From: a virus
IMG/VR virus record: IMGVR_UViG_3300029915_000016
Coordinates: 1 to 64,000 of that record
Direction: 5' to 3' (one strand)
DNA: 64,000 nt
Each line of letters begins with the position of its first letter. Position 1 is the first letter of the stretch. Below the pieces are notes generated by a model. The model saw only the letters and a program-made list of their open reading frames with translations. It was not told the DNA's origin and did not search any database. Both the position numbers and the translations under genes were made by a program. Of this stretch, positions 50,039 through 57,749 are shown piece after piece.

Positions 50039-50346
50039 GAAAGCATTATACATCAAATCAAATAAGGCGCATTTTTTCCTTGACAACTCGCAAGGATAGC
50101 GATACGCTTTCTTTGGGTCTGGATGGCTTCGTATCCCGTTCAAGACGGACCCCACAAATGTCTACCAACGGGAGATAGGAGATAGCTTCTCGGTAGCTAT
50201 CTGACTTGGTGGAGTCCTATTCAATACGAAATGGGCCAGAATTTGACGCGGGGAGACGGTATTTATACGTTTCCCCGTTTTCTGTTATACTAGGGGTGTC
50301 GGATGTGTCACCATCCGGCAAAGCCTCATCGTTCGGAGGAACGAAT

Positions 50347-51087
50347 ATGACACCCCTATCCAAAGATACACCTATTACTCGTAAACGCGAAAGAGCATTA
50401 TATTATCGAGAGTATAGGAAGAAAAAAGGTGCAAATCAAAGATCAGAACAAGAAGCCTTGCGTCTAAAAGCATTAGAAGAATACATCAAAAACCCAAACG
50501 TATGCTTGTTTTGCTCAAAAGTAATTGAACCTAAAATAACAGAAAAACTCTCGATAACTAAACGTAAGAGATACTGTGACGTTAAATGCTCAAGTGCGTC
50601 AAGAAAGAGAGAGTGTAAGTGTGTACCATGCATCTACTGCGGTAAACCATTAAAGAGACACCTAAAGAAATTCTGCACGAAAAGCTGCGCGTCTCGGTCA
50701 AGGGGAATCTTGCAATCTATTACGAAAGGCGATCTTTTCTCGAAAAGATCTGGATACCAATCGGCGAGGAGCGCCATACAAAGGGATGCTAGAACTGTGT
50801 ACTTGTGGAGTAAAAGGAAACTGGAGTGTTTAATTTGTGGATACTCGAAGCATGTGGATATAGCGCACATCAAACCTGTTTCAGATTTCGATGATGCGTG
50901 TACTGTCGCTGAGATAAACGCGATGGATAACCTTGTTTCTCTATGTCCTAATCACCATTGGGAATTTGATCACGGTTTTTTGAAATTCAACGCTGGTTGC
51001 TTTGAAGGATCGAATACACGTAAAGTAATCCGAAAACGTGATTACGATCAAATAAACCTATTTCCACTAGCGCAGAATAATTCTTGA
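50347..51087 (+). CDS. HNH endonuclease
   Basis: GGAGGA RBS; CLICG...DIAHIKP...NLVSLCPNHHWEFD. Confidence 0.85.
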   Translation: MTPLSKDTPITRKRERALYYREYRKKKGANQRSEQEALRLKALEEYIKNPNVCLFCSKVIEPKITEKLSITKRKRYCDVKCSSASRKRECKCVPCIYCGKPLKRHLKKFCTKSCASRSRGILQSITKGDLFSKRSGYQSARSAIQRDARTVYLWSKRKLECLICGYSKHVDIAHIKPVSDFDDACTVAEINAMDNLVSLCPNHHWEFDHGFLKFNAGCFEGSNTRKVIRKRDYDQINLFPLAQNNS

Positions 51088-51118
51088 CAACTGTATATAA
51101 TTGCGTTATCGTTTAATT

Positions 51119-51196
51119 CGCGGGGTGGACTGGAGACGGTTCCAGCTTGGTCTCATAAGCCAAATCACGTCGGTTCGATTCCGATTCCCGCAACCA
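51119..51196 (+). tRNA. trnfM: initiator-type tRNA-Met(CAT)
   Basis: CGCGGGG start with C1:A72 mismatch; CT-CAT-AA; own TTGACA at 51084. Confidence 0.85.
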
Positions 51197-51270
51197 TTTC
51201 GAGACGTGACCTGATCTGTCTCAACGGGCTTGCACGATGACAAGCGCATCTAGCAATAAGGAGAATTGAG

Positions 51271-51630
51271 ATGCGTACACGCTGCAAGTTCAAAGTTGTG
51301 TCGGTGGAAGAAATAGAAGGCGAAATCAGCCGCAAATCATTTAAGGGCGATTACGGAACCAACATCGATGAGTACGGTGGTCTAGCTGGACCGGAATACA
51401 CCGAGAGTCAGGGTTTAAGAAACGGTGAACAGTACAAATGGGTTCCAACTGGGAAGTATTGCCAGAATGTACGGCTGGCCGCACAGTATGATTCGCGGGA
51501 CTCGGAAGATATGAGTTTTGCAGCGGCGACACCTTCAGGAGAACTCAAGATTCTTGTGAGTAACCCTGTGGTGGTTGGGAGTTTTAGGCCGGGGAAGAGT
51601 TTTTATCTCGACCTGATTCCGTGTGAATAA
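51271..51630 (+). CDS. hypothetical phage protein
   Basis: AAGGAG RBS; RCKFKV...FAAATPSGEL....N......F.PGK.FYLD. Confidence 0.75.
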   Translation: MRTRCKFKVVSVEEIEGEISRKSFKGDYGTNIDEYGGLAGPEYTESQGLRNGEQYKWVPTGKYCQNVRLAAQYDSRDSEDMSFAAATPSGELKILVSNPVVVGSFRPGKSFYLDLIPCE

Positions 51631-51850
51631 GGTTCCACGTCCCCTCACGGTATGGTGACGTGGTGGTGGTCCGGTGGGGTGCAAACCCTATTGGGGTCTG
51701 ACAGCCGGGAAAGACCGGCAAGGATTGATGGGTTGCGTCGGCGCATCCCTTAACGGGTGGCCTAGGAGTTAGGAAACCAGACGGTTGTTACCGTTGGACG
51801 GAGAATACCGCTAGAACAGTTGGGCCGATGAGATGGGCGCTGTGGCACTC

Positions 51851-53090
51851 GTGAATCACCGTCATCTAAATCAGACAGTTTCCGGCTTCAATGGCATCTG
51901 CGTTAGCTAAAGACTTGCGTCCCAACTTCCGTCTTACGTTGCCTCCACCAGCAGTAGCGCCAATCCCTGACGCCAGTATCCGTAAACCTTCGTCACGGAT
52001 ATTCTTCGCCGCATTTATATCGCGGTCATGATGTGTTGAGCAGGATGGGCAGGTCCAAGAACGAACAATTAACGGCATCTTACCATTCTGAAATCCGCAC
52101 TCGGAACAAACTTTGCTTGACGGAAAAAAGCGTCCTATTTTTATGAAAGCCTTACCATCGCGCTCTGCTTTGTACTTGAGAAACAATGTTAGTGTTCCCC
52201 ACCCTACATCTGATACTGCTTTCGCAAGGTTATGGTTAGCTATCATTCCCTTCACATTCAAATCCTCTACGATCACGACTTGGTTCTCATCAATGATCTT
52301 GCGAGAGACTTTGTGAAGGTAATCACGGCGCTGGTTTGTGATATGTTCATGAACTCGTGCAACCTGAATACGTGCTTTGTTGCGACTTGATGAGCCTTTC
52401 TTTTTGCGACTCAAAGATTGCTGCTTACGCTTTAGATTCTTTTCTGACTTGGCAATCCAGCGAGGATTATTAAACTTCGATCCATCGCTAGTAATTGCTA
52501 AATGCGTTAAACCTACGTCTACACCGATTGCCTTCCCTTCGATAGAAATAGGAGGAACAGGAATAGAATCATCGGTAAGAATCGAAGCGTAGTAGTGGCC
52601 GCATGGATTCTTGCTCACCGTGACCGTCTTGATTCGTCCAACAATCTCACGGTGTATGACAGCCTTAACTTTGCCAACTTTAGGAAGATTTATTATACTC
52701 CCGTCTATTTTAACGTGTTGCGGATACTGAATCGACTGTTTTCTATGCTTAGATTTGAATCGTGGATATCTAGCCCTCTTCTCAAAGAAGTTCTGGAACG
52801 CTGCTGCCAAATTACGAATTGATGATTGAAGGACTTGCGCGTATGCGTCTTTCATCCATTCATGTTCTGTTTTCAATTCAGGCAAACGATTCGCCATTGC
52901 AACAAATGTGAGACTTTTTCCGGTTTCCTTGTACACTTTCTGCGTTTCCGCCAAAGCCCAATTCCACGTCCAACGAGCACATCCAAACTGGCATACAAGT
53001 AAATTTTCCTGCTCAAAGGTGGGATAGAGACGAAATTTTGTCGTATTCAACATTTATTTAATCCTACCATGTATACGATTAAATGTCAAT
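51851..53090 (-). mobile_element. TnpB-only IS1341-like element; right end ...GATTCAC at 51851
   Basis: Subterminal hairpin ACTGTC...GACGGT then TTCAC on the minus strand; no tnpA; left end undefined. Confidence 0.6.
51866..53053 (-). CDS. tnpB: TnpB RNA-guided endonuclease (IS200/IS605 family)
   Basis: FRLYP...FGCARWTWN; RuvC GVDVG, IVEDL, DRDINAA; zinc finger. Confidence 0.95.
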   Translation of the reverse strand: MLNTTKFRLYPTFEQENLLVCQFGCARWTWNWALAETQKVYKETGKSLTFVAMANRLPELKTEHEWMKDAYAQVLQSSIRNLAAAFQNFFEKRARYPRFKSKHRKQSIQYPQHVKIDGSIINLPKVGKVKAVIHREIVGRIKTVTVSKNPCGHYYASILTDDSIPVPPISIEGKAIGVDVGLTHLAITSDGSKFNNPRWIAKSEKNLKRKQQSLSRKKKGSSSRNKARIQVARVHEHITNQRRDYLHKVSRKIIDENQVVIVEDLNVKGMIANHNLAKAVSDVGWGTLTLFLKYKAERDGKAFIKIGRFFPSSKVCSECGFQNGKMPLIVRSWTCPSCSTHHDRDINAAKNIRDEGLRILASGIGATAGGGNVRRKLGRKSLANADAIEAGNCLI

Positions 53091-53158
53091 ATTTCTCTAT
53101 TTTTGCGTTTACTTATTTCACTAAGATGTGATATAAAAAGTAACAGCAACAAGTTTAC

Positions 53159-53232
53159 GGTCCCATGGTCTAACGGTATGATTCATCTCTGTCTAAGATG
53201 CGTTCGGGGTTCGACTCCCCGTGGGATCGCCA
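53159..53232 (+). tRNA. trnD: tRNA-Asp(GTC)
   Basis: CATCT-CT-GTC-TA-AGATG; GCCA. Confidence 0.9.
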
Positions 53233-53239
53233 TAGTTGT

Positions 53240-53323
53240 GCTGCCGTTCTCGGTACTGGTATCTGAGCACCGTCTTTCAAGCGGTTGAATTTAATGCGAG
53301 TTCGATTCTCGTCGGCAGCGCCA
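53240..53323 (+). tRNA. trnE: tRNA-Glu(TTC)
   Basis: ACCGT-CT-TTC-AA-GCGGT; GCCA. Confidence 0.85.
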
Positions 53324-53330
53324 AGTTTAT

Positions 53331-53405
53331 GTCCTTGTCTTCCAACGTTTAGGAACTCCGGCTCTCTACCGGATAACGCGGGGTAAGCACCCTCCAAGGA
53401 CACCA
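53331..53405 (+). tRNA. trnE: tRNA-Glu(CTC), atypical T arm
   Basis: TCCGG-CT-CTC-TA-CCGGA; ACCA. Confidence 0.7.
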
Positions 53406-53520
53406 TTTCGAGAACGTATGACGAGAACGCAGATCGCAATAGGATTTGTAGTCAAGGTAGCAACCAAGATGTTTTGGTGGATAATTTTGATATTCCTGTT
53501 GTGGATACAAAGTTTGTGAG

Positions 53521-53645
53521 TTTGTGCGGCGGCGTGGAGCGACACGCTAAACCTTATCGTGATATTCATCCCCCACGAGATAAGATAAGGTGAGGAAGAT
53601 TGGGGGAACGACCTGTATGCCGGTTTCGTACCCGGCCCGCACAAA
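53521..53645 (+). ncRNA. tRNA-like RNA with a large structured insert in place of the anticodon arm
   Basis: TTTGTGCGG/CCGCACAAA stem, GCGTG...CACGC D-like arm, GCCGG-TTTCGTAC-CCGGC T-like arm. Confidence 0.55.
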
Positions 53646-53660
53646 TAAATCACAAACTGC

Positions 53661-53690
53661 TTGACATTTGAAAACGAACAAGGATATAGT
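53661..53690 (+). promoter_or_regulatory. sigma70 promoter of tRNA operon B
   Basis: TTGACA-18 nt-TATAGT; ATG 7 nt downstream. Confidence 0.75.
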
Positions 53691-53697
53691 GAAAAAC

Positions 53698-53772
53698 ATG
53701 ATGACCTTTACCACACATACCGCGACACAAGCACCGACGCAGCCAGCCGGTAATCGCGGAAGTGCAGGATAG
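53698..53772 (+). CDS. leader peptide 2 (Thr/Phe/His/Ala/Gln/Pro/Gly/Asn/Arg sensor) of tRNA operon B
   Basis: MMTFTTHTATQAPTQPAGNRGSAG; codons match the downstream tRNAs. Confidence 0.8.
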   Translation: MMTFTTHTATQAPTQPAGNRGSAG

Positions 53773-53814
53773 GGTCTCAGTAGGATTTTTACTCGCATAG
53801 CGAATAAAACTGAA

Positions 53815-53853
53815 GAGGCCCGGTTCAAACCAACGAATCGGGCCTTAGTGCGT
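53815..53853 (+). terminator. attenuator hairpin of tRNA operon B (weak U-tract)
   Basis: GAGGCCCGGTTC...GAATCGGGCCTT followed by AGTGCGT. Confidence 0.6.
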
Positions 53854-53863
53854 AGGAGTAGCA

Positions 53864-54301
53864 ATGGGGAAAGCGATTCACGTTATTAGCAATGTTGATG
53901 AAGATATGAAGACGGCAGATTGTGCGTTTTGTGGTCGCGTGAAAGTGAAACTGAAAAATAATGGTAAGGGTAGATCAAGGCGGTGGGCATGTACTATCGC
54001 GCAGAAAAAATGGGACGGTGCAAGATGTAAAACAGGAAAACCGCTTCGCAATATGACAGACGAGCAAATGGCTCACTACGTATTCAATCGACACGGAAGT
54101 TGTGATATTTGCGGTAGCGTACCACGCCGAATGTTGAACCGAGATCACTGCCATGTAACAGGAAACCTTCGCGGCTTGCTGTGCTATCGCTGTAATACGC
54201 TGCTAGGAAAATTTGATGACAGCATCGAGAAACTCCGTATAAAGGCAGATATTTTCCTGAAGGCGGCATGTTATCTCGAAAGGAACGATACAAAGTTTTG
54301 A
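53864..54301 (+). CDS. endonuclease VII-family HNH endonuclease
   Basis: CDICG...RDHCHVTGNLRGLLCYRCNTLLG. Confidence 0.85.
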   Translation: MGKAIHVISNVDEDMKTADCAFCGRVKVKLKNNGKGRSRRWACTIAQKKWDGARCKTGKPLRNMTDEQMAHYVFNRHGSCDICGSVPRRMLNRDHCHVTGNLRGLLCYRCNTLLGKFDDSIEKLRIKADIFLKAACYLERNDTKF

Positions 54302-54388
54302 TGTGCGATACCCGAGAGGTAGCAGGGACGATACTGTTAATATCGAGAGGTTTATCCTCCACCGTAGGTTCGAATCCTACTCGCACAG
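54302..54388 (+). tRNA. trnN: tRNA-Asn(GTT) with long variable arm, no encoded CCA
   Basis: CGATA-CT-GTT-AA-TATCG. Confidence 0.85.
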
Positions 54389-54403
54389 CCTTTAGTAAGA
54401 AGT

Positions 54404-54477
54404 ACCTCGTTCGTTCAACGGCAGGACGACTGACTCTGACTCAGTTAATTGACGTTCAAATCGTCAACGGGGTGCCA
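54404..54477 (+). tRNA. trnQ: tRNA-Gln(CTG)
   Basis: ACTGA-CT-CTG-AC-TCAGT; GCCA. Confidence 0.9.
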
Positions 54478-54488
54478 AAGATTAACGT

Positions 54489-54562
54489 GGGATCGTCGTT
54501 CAACGTTAGGACATTGCCCTTTGGAGGCAATTATCAAGGTTAGAATCCTTGCGATCCTGCCA
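54489..54562 (+). tRNA. trnQ: tRNA-Gln(TTG)
   Basis: TTGCC-CT-TTG-GA-GGCAA; GCCA. Confidence 0.9.
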
Positions 54563-54570
54563 AACAGTAA

Positions 54571-54645
54571 GCGGGTGTATATCAACGGTAGATAGTCTCG
54601 TTGCCAACGAGAAGGAAGAGGGATCGTCACCCTCCACCCGCTCCA
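54571..54645 (+). tRNA. trnG: tRNA-Gly(GCC)
   Basis: TCTCG-TT-GCC-AA-CGAGA; TCCA. Confidence 0.85.
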
Positions 54646-54740
54646 TATTAGGAATAGTAGCCGACATGGAACATAAGATGATTTTGATGAGTGCCGACTT
54701 CCGAGAGGTACACAAGGTTGTAGTGGCAAAACGTAAACAT

Positions 54741-54815
54741 GCTGGTATGGCCGAGAGCTTAGGCGCTGACCCCGTAAGTCAGAACACACAGGTTGAAATC
54801 CTGTTGCCAGCCCCA
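54741..54815 (+). tRNA. trnT: tRNA-Thr(CGT), C33
   Basis: CTGAC-CC-CGT-AA-GTCAG. Confidence 0.8.
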
Positions 54816-54850
54816 TTTCAAGAGAGTCAAGCTACGGATTGAGGTACGTG

Positions 54851-55396
54851 ATGAGCACGTTGATGAAAAAGCCGGTTTTGGTCCTTAACGCCTCGTATGA
54901 GCCGATCAGGATAGTTCCAGCGCGTCGTGCTCTCACGTTGATTTGTAAGGGTGCTGCAATGGTTGAGCAACCTACACGGATAGAAGTCTATCCGGGTATA
55001 ACTCTACCATCTGTAATCCGGCTTAGGACATATCGGCATATTCCTATACGCCTTCAAATTGTCAGTCGCAAGAACATTTATATCCGTGACGGTCATAGGT
55101 GCGGATATTGTGGACAGCAATTCAAAGGTGATGAACTGACGTTAGATCACATTCAACCAAGATCCCGTGGAGGAAAGAACGACTGGTCTAACCTAGTAAC
55201 TTGCTGCCGAAAAGACAACCATCGTAAGGCAGACAGGACGCCAGAGGAGGCAGGAATGAAACTGCTCCGTAAGCCTCTTCCGGCAACAGTTCACACAGGA
55301 CGTGGATTGCTACGTTCCATGGCGCTTGAAGTTGGGGCGTGGGAAAAGTATTTGTATTCCGACTCAAAAGGAGAAACGAAGTTGCAGTTTTCGTAA
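54851..55396 (+). CDS. McrA-like HNH endonuclease
   Basis: VLVLNASYEP; RD..RCGYCG...LTLDHIQPRSRGGKNDWSNLVTCC...N..K. Confidence 0.9.
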   Translation: MSTLMKKPVLVLNASYEPIRIVPARRALTLICKGAAMVEQPTRIEVYPGITLPSVIRLRTYRHIPIRLQIVSRKNIYIRDGHRCGYCGQQFKGDELTLDHIQPRSRGGKNDWSNLVTCCRKDNHRKADRTPEEAGMKLLRKPLPATVHTGRGLLRSMALEVGAWEKYLYSDSKGETKLQFS

Positions 55397-55400
55397 GTTT

Positions 55401-55472
55401 GCCGAATGCTCTGAGTAGCAGCGGGAGCTTGTATCTCCTGCCCGGTCGGTTCGATTCCGACATTCGGCTCCA
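55401..55472 (+). tRNA. trnT: tRNA-Thr(TGT)
   Basis: GGGAG-CT-TGT-AT-CTCCT; TCCA. Confidence 0.8.
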
Positions 55473-55572
55473 AGTGGCTGAGGAAGCCAATCCGTTAAGC
55501 GTGGAGCACATGGCTTAACGGGCTAGGGGACACGGGGCGAGTGCTACGCAATCCGACTCCACCAAAGTTCAT

Positions 55573-55648
55573 GGCGGCTATAGTTCAGAGGCAGAACGCC
55601 GGTCTGTGGCATCGGATGTCGGGATTTCAAAATTCCCTAGCCGCCCCA
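55573..55648 (+). tRNA. trnH: tRNA-His(GTG)
   Basis: G-1:C73; CCGGT-CT-GTG-GC-ATCGG. Confidence 0.9.
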
Positions 55649-55655
55649 TTTTAAC

Positions 55656-55730
55656 GGGCCAGTAGCATAGATGTAATGCGTCACCCCTGCAAGGTGAAGT
55701 TCGAGGACTCAAGCCCCTCCTGGTCCACCA
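55656..55730 (+). tRNA. trnA: tRNA-Ala(TGC), C33
   Basis: G3:U70; TCACC-CC-TGC-AA-GGTGA. Confidence 0.85.
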
Positions 55731-55739
55731 GTTTTGTAC

Positions 55740-55816
55740 GGCACTGTAGCTCAGAATGGTAGAGCAGGACTCTGAAAAGGTCCGTGTCGCGGTCTCGATA
55801 GCCGCCAGTGCCACCA
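55740..55816 (+). tRNA. trnF: tRNA-Phe(GAA)
   Basis: GGACT-CT-GAA-AA-GGTCC; ACCA. Confidence 0.85.
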
Positions 55817-55817
55817 T

Positions 55818-55895
55818 CGGAATGTAGCGTAGTCTGCTTAACGCGCTCGCTTCGGGAGCGAGAGATCGCAGGTCGAAATCCTGCCATTCCGACCA
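55818..55895 (+). tRNA. trnP: tRNA-Pro(CGG)
   Basis: CTCGC-TT-CGG-GA-GCGAG; C1-G72, ACCA. Confidence 0.9.
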
Positions 55896-55901
55896 GTTTA
55901 A

Positions 55902-55976
55902 CGGGGTGTAGCTCAAAGGAAGAGCACTAGTTTTGGGAACTAGAGGCTGTGGTATCGTGATCCACCACCCCGACCA
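55902..55976 (+). tRNA. trnP: tRNA-Pro(TGG)
   Basis: CTAGT-TT-TGG-GA-ACTAG. Confidence 0.9.
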
Positions 55977-55992
55977 TCTATTAGGAGTAGCG

Positions 55993-56238
55993 ATGAGGGA
56001 TATAACAATACAGGAAGCATCCGAGTGTATCAAGAGAACGCTACCGCGCTGCACGCCTGATATTTGGTTTCTCACGCGCTTCAAGGATTACGTGAATAAC
56101 AACACAGAAGTTGACGATATGGAGGAAGATGAATTTTTCGATAGTTTTCTTCCTTGCGCTTTGTGGGCTTTCACTGAAGCGATGTACAGCACGATTATGC
56201 CAGTTACTAGGTTTGGCGAATGTGCGCCTCTAGCTTAA
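55993..56238 (+). CDS. small acidic hypothetical protein
   Basis: AGGAG RBS; 3' end overlaps tRNA-Arg. Confidence 0.55.
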   Translation: MRDITIQEASECIKRTLPRCTPDIWFLTRFKDYVNNNTEVDDMEEDEFFDSFLPCALWAFTEAMYSTIMPVTRFGECAPLA

Positions 56239-56299
56239 TGGAAAGAGCGGCACTCTACGAAAGTGTCAGGTTCCCGTTCAAGTCGGGAGGGGCGTACCA
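56224..56299 (+). tRNA. trnR: tRNA-Arg(ACG)
   Basis: GCACT-CT-ACG-AA-AGTGT; ACCA. Confidence 0.9.
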
Positions 56300-56311
56300 A
56301 AGATTTTCACA

Positions 56312-56358
56312 TGCAAGCAAAAATAGTGCTTGCAATTGCGCAGAGTTTGATGTAAGGT
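56312..56358 (+). promoter_or_regulatory. putative promoter and operator of the Y RNA/Ro60 operon
   Basis: TTGCAA-17 nt-TAAGGT; inverted repeat TGCAAGCA-N7-TGCTTGCA overlapping the -35 box. Confidence 0.5.
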
Positions 56359-56477
56359 TGGAAATGTTGAGTTTGAGCTTCGGTGCAGGAATGGAAACAT
56401 GACCATCCTGACGAATTAGGTCTCAGAGTATCGAGCCTTGTAGCTAGGTTACAGGACGGCTACCACCGGAAATAAGT

Positions 56478-56623
56478 AAGCGAGAGCCGGAAGAGTTGGA
56501 TTATCGCCTATGGAGCGGGTTATACGGGTTCGAGTCCCGTCTGGGGAACCAATAACGAATCGACTTCCCCGGTCGTCTAATGGCAGGACGCCTAAACATC
56601 CAGTTCGCTATTTGTTCTCGCTT
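56478..56623 (+). ncRNA. Y RNA-like 1 (YrlA-type, permuted tRNA module)
   Basis: GAGCCG/TTTGTTC stem enclosing T arm, acceptor stem, D arm in permuted order. Confidence 0.8.
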
Positions 56624-56630
56624 TAAGTTT

Positions 56631-56760
56631 TGCACGAGCCGTCCGAATTTCGTTATCCTCCGCCAAACTGGGGGCGTAGCTTAATGGCTAAAGCGCCAGA
56701 GTAATCTGGATATTGGGTTCGAGTCCCACGTCAACGCGAAGTTCAATTTTTGTTCGTGCA
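56631..56760 (+). ncRNA. Y RNA-like 2 (non-permuted tRNA module)
   Basis: GAGCCG/TTTGTTC stem enclosing D arm, GTAA-capped stem and T arm. Confidence 0.75.
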
Positions 56761-56767
56761 GTTTTTT

Positions 56768-56826
56768 GTACGGGTCGGAAGCCAGCGTTACCTTGTAAAT
56801 ATCGCTGTCTGATTATTTATCCGTAC
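56768..56826 (+). ncRNA. Y RNA-like 3 (minimal)
   Basis: GTACGGGTCG/TTTATCCGTAC. Confidence 0.7.
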
Positions 56827-56842
56827 CAATGGAGAGTGAATC

Positions 56843-57322
56843 ATGGGTTTCATAGCCGAAGTTTCAGCCACAGATAGGTTTTGGAGTAAGGTTGATAAAT
56901 CGGCTGGGCATGGTCCAAACGGGGACTGTTGGGTTTGGACTGCACGTAGGAATTTAGATGGCTATGGGCAGTTTCGTCCTTCCTCTTGGAGATCAGGTGG
57001 TAAACTTGTAAGCGCACACGTATTTTCGTATCGCGAGAGTTTTGGCGAGTTTGATGCTGGATTACAAGTCCTGCATCGCTGCGATAATCCGGCTTGCGTT
57101 AGGGCAGAACATTTGTTTGTAGGTACGCAGGGTGACAATGTTCACGACATGATAGCGAAAAATAGATCGGGCCTAAATTTTCTTGGCTCTGATGTGATCG
57201 CTAACATTCTCGCGATGCATGGCAAAGGGATTAAACAGACAGAAATTGCCAAGAACGTTGGGATACACAAGCAATCTGTCTGGAGAATCATTAAGAGGAT
57301 GGCGGTAAAATCCTTGGCGTGA
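56843..57322 (+). CDS. HNH homing endonuclease (HNH_3-like) with C-terminal HTH
   Basis: RFWSKV...CWVWT...GYGQF...AH...VLHRCDNPACVRAEHL..GT..DN. Confidence 0.9.
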   Translation: MGFIAEVSATDRFWSKVDKSAGHGPNGDCWVWTARRNLDGYGQFRPSSWRSGGKLVSAHVFSYRESFGEFDAGLQVLHRCDNPACVRAEHLFVGTQGDNVHDMIAKNRSGLNFLGSDVIANILAMHGKGIKQTEIAKNVGIHKQSVWRIIKRMAVKSLA

Positions 57323-57329
57323 TAAGTTT

Positions 57330-57399
57330 TGCATGGGTCGTTTGGCTCAGCGTTATCCTTCTAAGATAAAACCGCTGGCTGGTTGTTTTTATCCATGCA
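57330..57399 (+). ncRNA. Y RNA-like 4
   Basis: TGCATGGGTCG/TTTATCCATGCA. Confidence 0.7.
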
Positions 57400-57407
57400 G
57401 TGTTTCA

Positions 57408-57550
57408 AAGTGCGAGTCGAAAGAAGTTGATTATCTCAACATGAATGTCATGGGTTCGATTCCCATCGTCGTAGTAATACGATGTAGCTCAGTTGGTAGA
57501 GCGTCTGGATGCCGAAAGGCGTATTCGACTTCAACCATTTATTCGCACTT
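57408..57550 (+). ncRNA. Y RNA-like 5 (classic YrlA architecture)
   Basis: GAGTCG/TTTATTC stem; T arm, GTAA-closed acceptor stem, D arm TAGCTCAGTTGGTAGAGC. Confidence 0.85.
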
Positions 57551-57554
57551 AAGT

Positions 57555-57656
57555 TTGTCAGAGCCGGATGGGTTTGGTTATCGGTTCAAATCCGCTACAC
57601 CGCAAGGTGAATGGCTGTCCGCAAGGACAATCCAAATCCGCTATTTGTTCTGACAA
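57555..57656 (+). ncRNA. Y RNA-like 6
   Basis: GAGCCG/TTTGTTC stem; T-loop hairpin plus two GCAA tetraloops. Confidence 0.75.
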
Positions 57657-57662
57657 TAAGTT

Positions 57663-57739
57663 TGCAGGGTCGGAAGTTCACTGTTCTCTACTACGAATAG
57701 AATGCCGAAAGGCGCACGGTGGGCACTATTTATCCTGCA
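57663..57739 (+). ncRNA. Y RNA-like 7
   Basis: TGCAGGGTCG/TTTATCCTGCA; GAAA tetraloop. Confidence 0.7.
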
Positions 57740-57749
57740 TTGAATGTCC

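Noticed and set aside
51860-51875. Second TnpB guide (TTAGATGA...) matching the end of the first TnpB element
   Set aside because: Only 8 nt match, which is expected by chance.
53331-53405. Amber suppressor (CTA in the anticodon loop) or recoded genetic code
   Set aside because: The 7-nt loop CTCTCTA puts CTC at positions 34-36, and long genes terminate normally at TAG.
56408-56472. Hammerhead ribozyme (CTGACGA...GAAA)
   Set aside because: I could not build stems II and III around the core.
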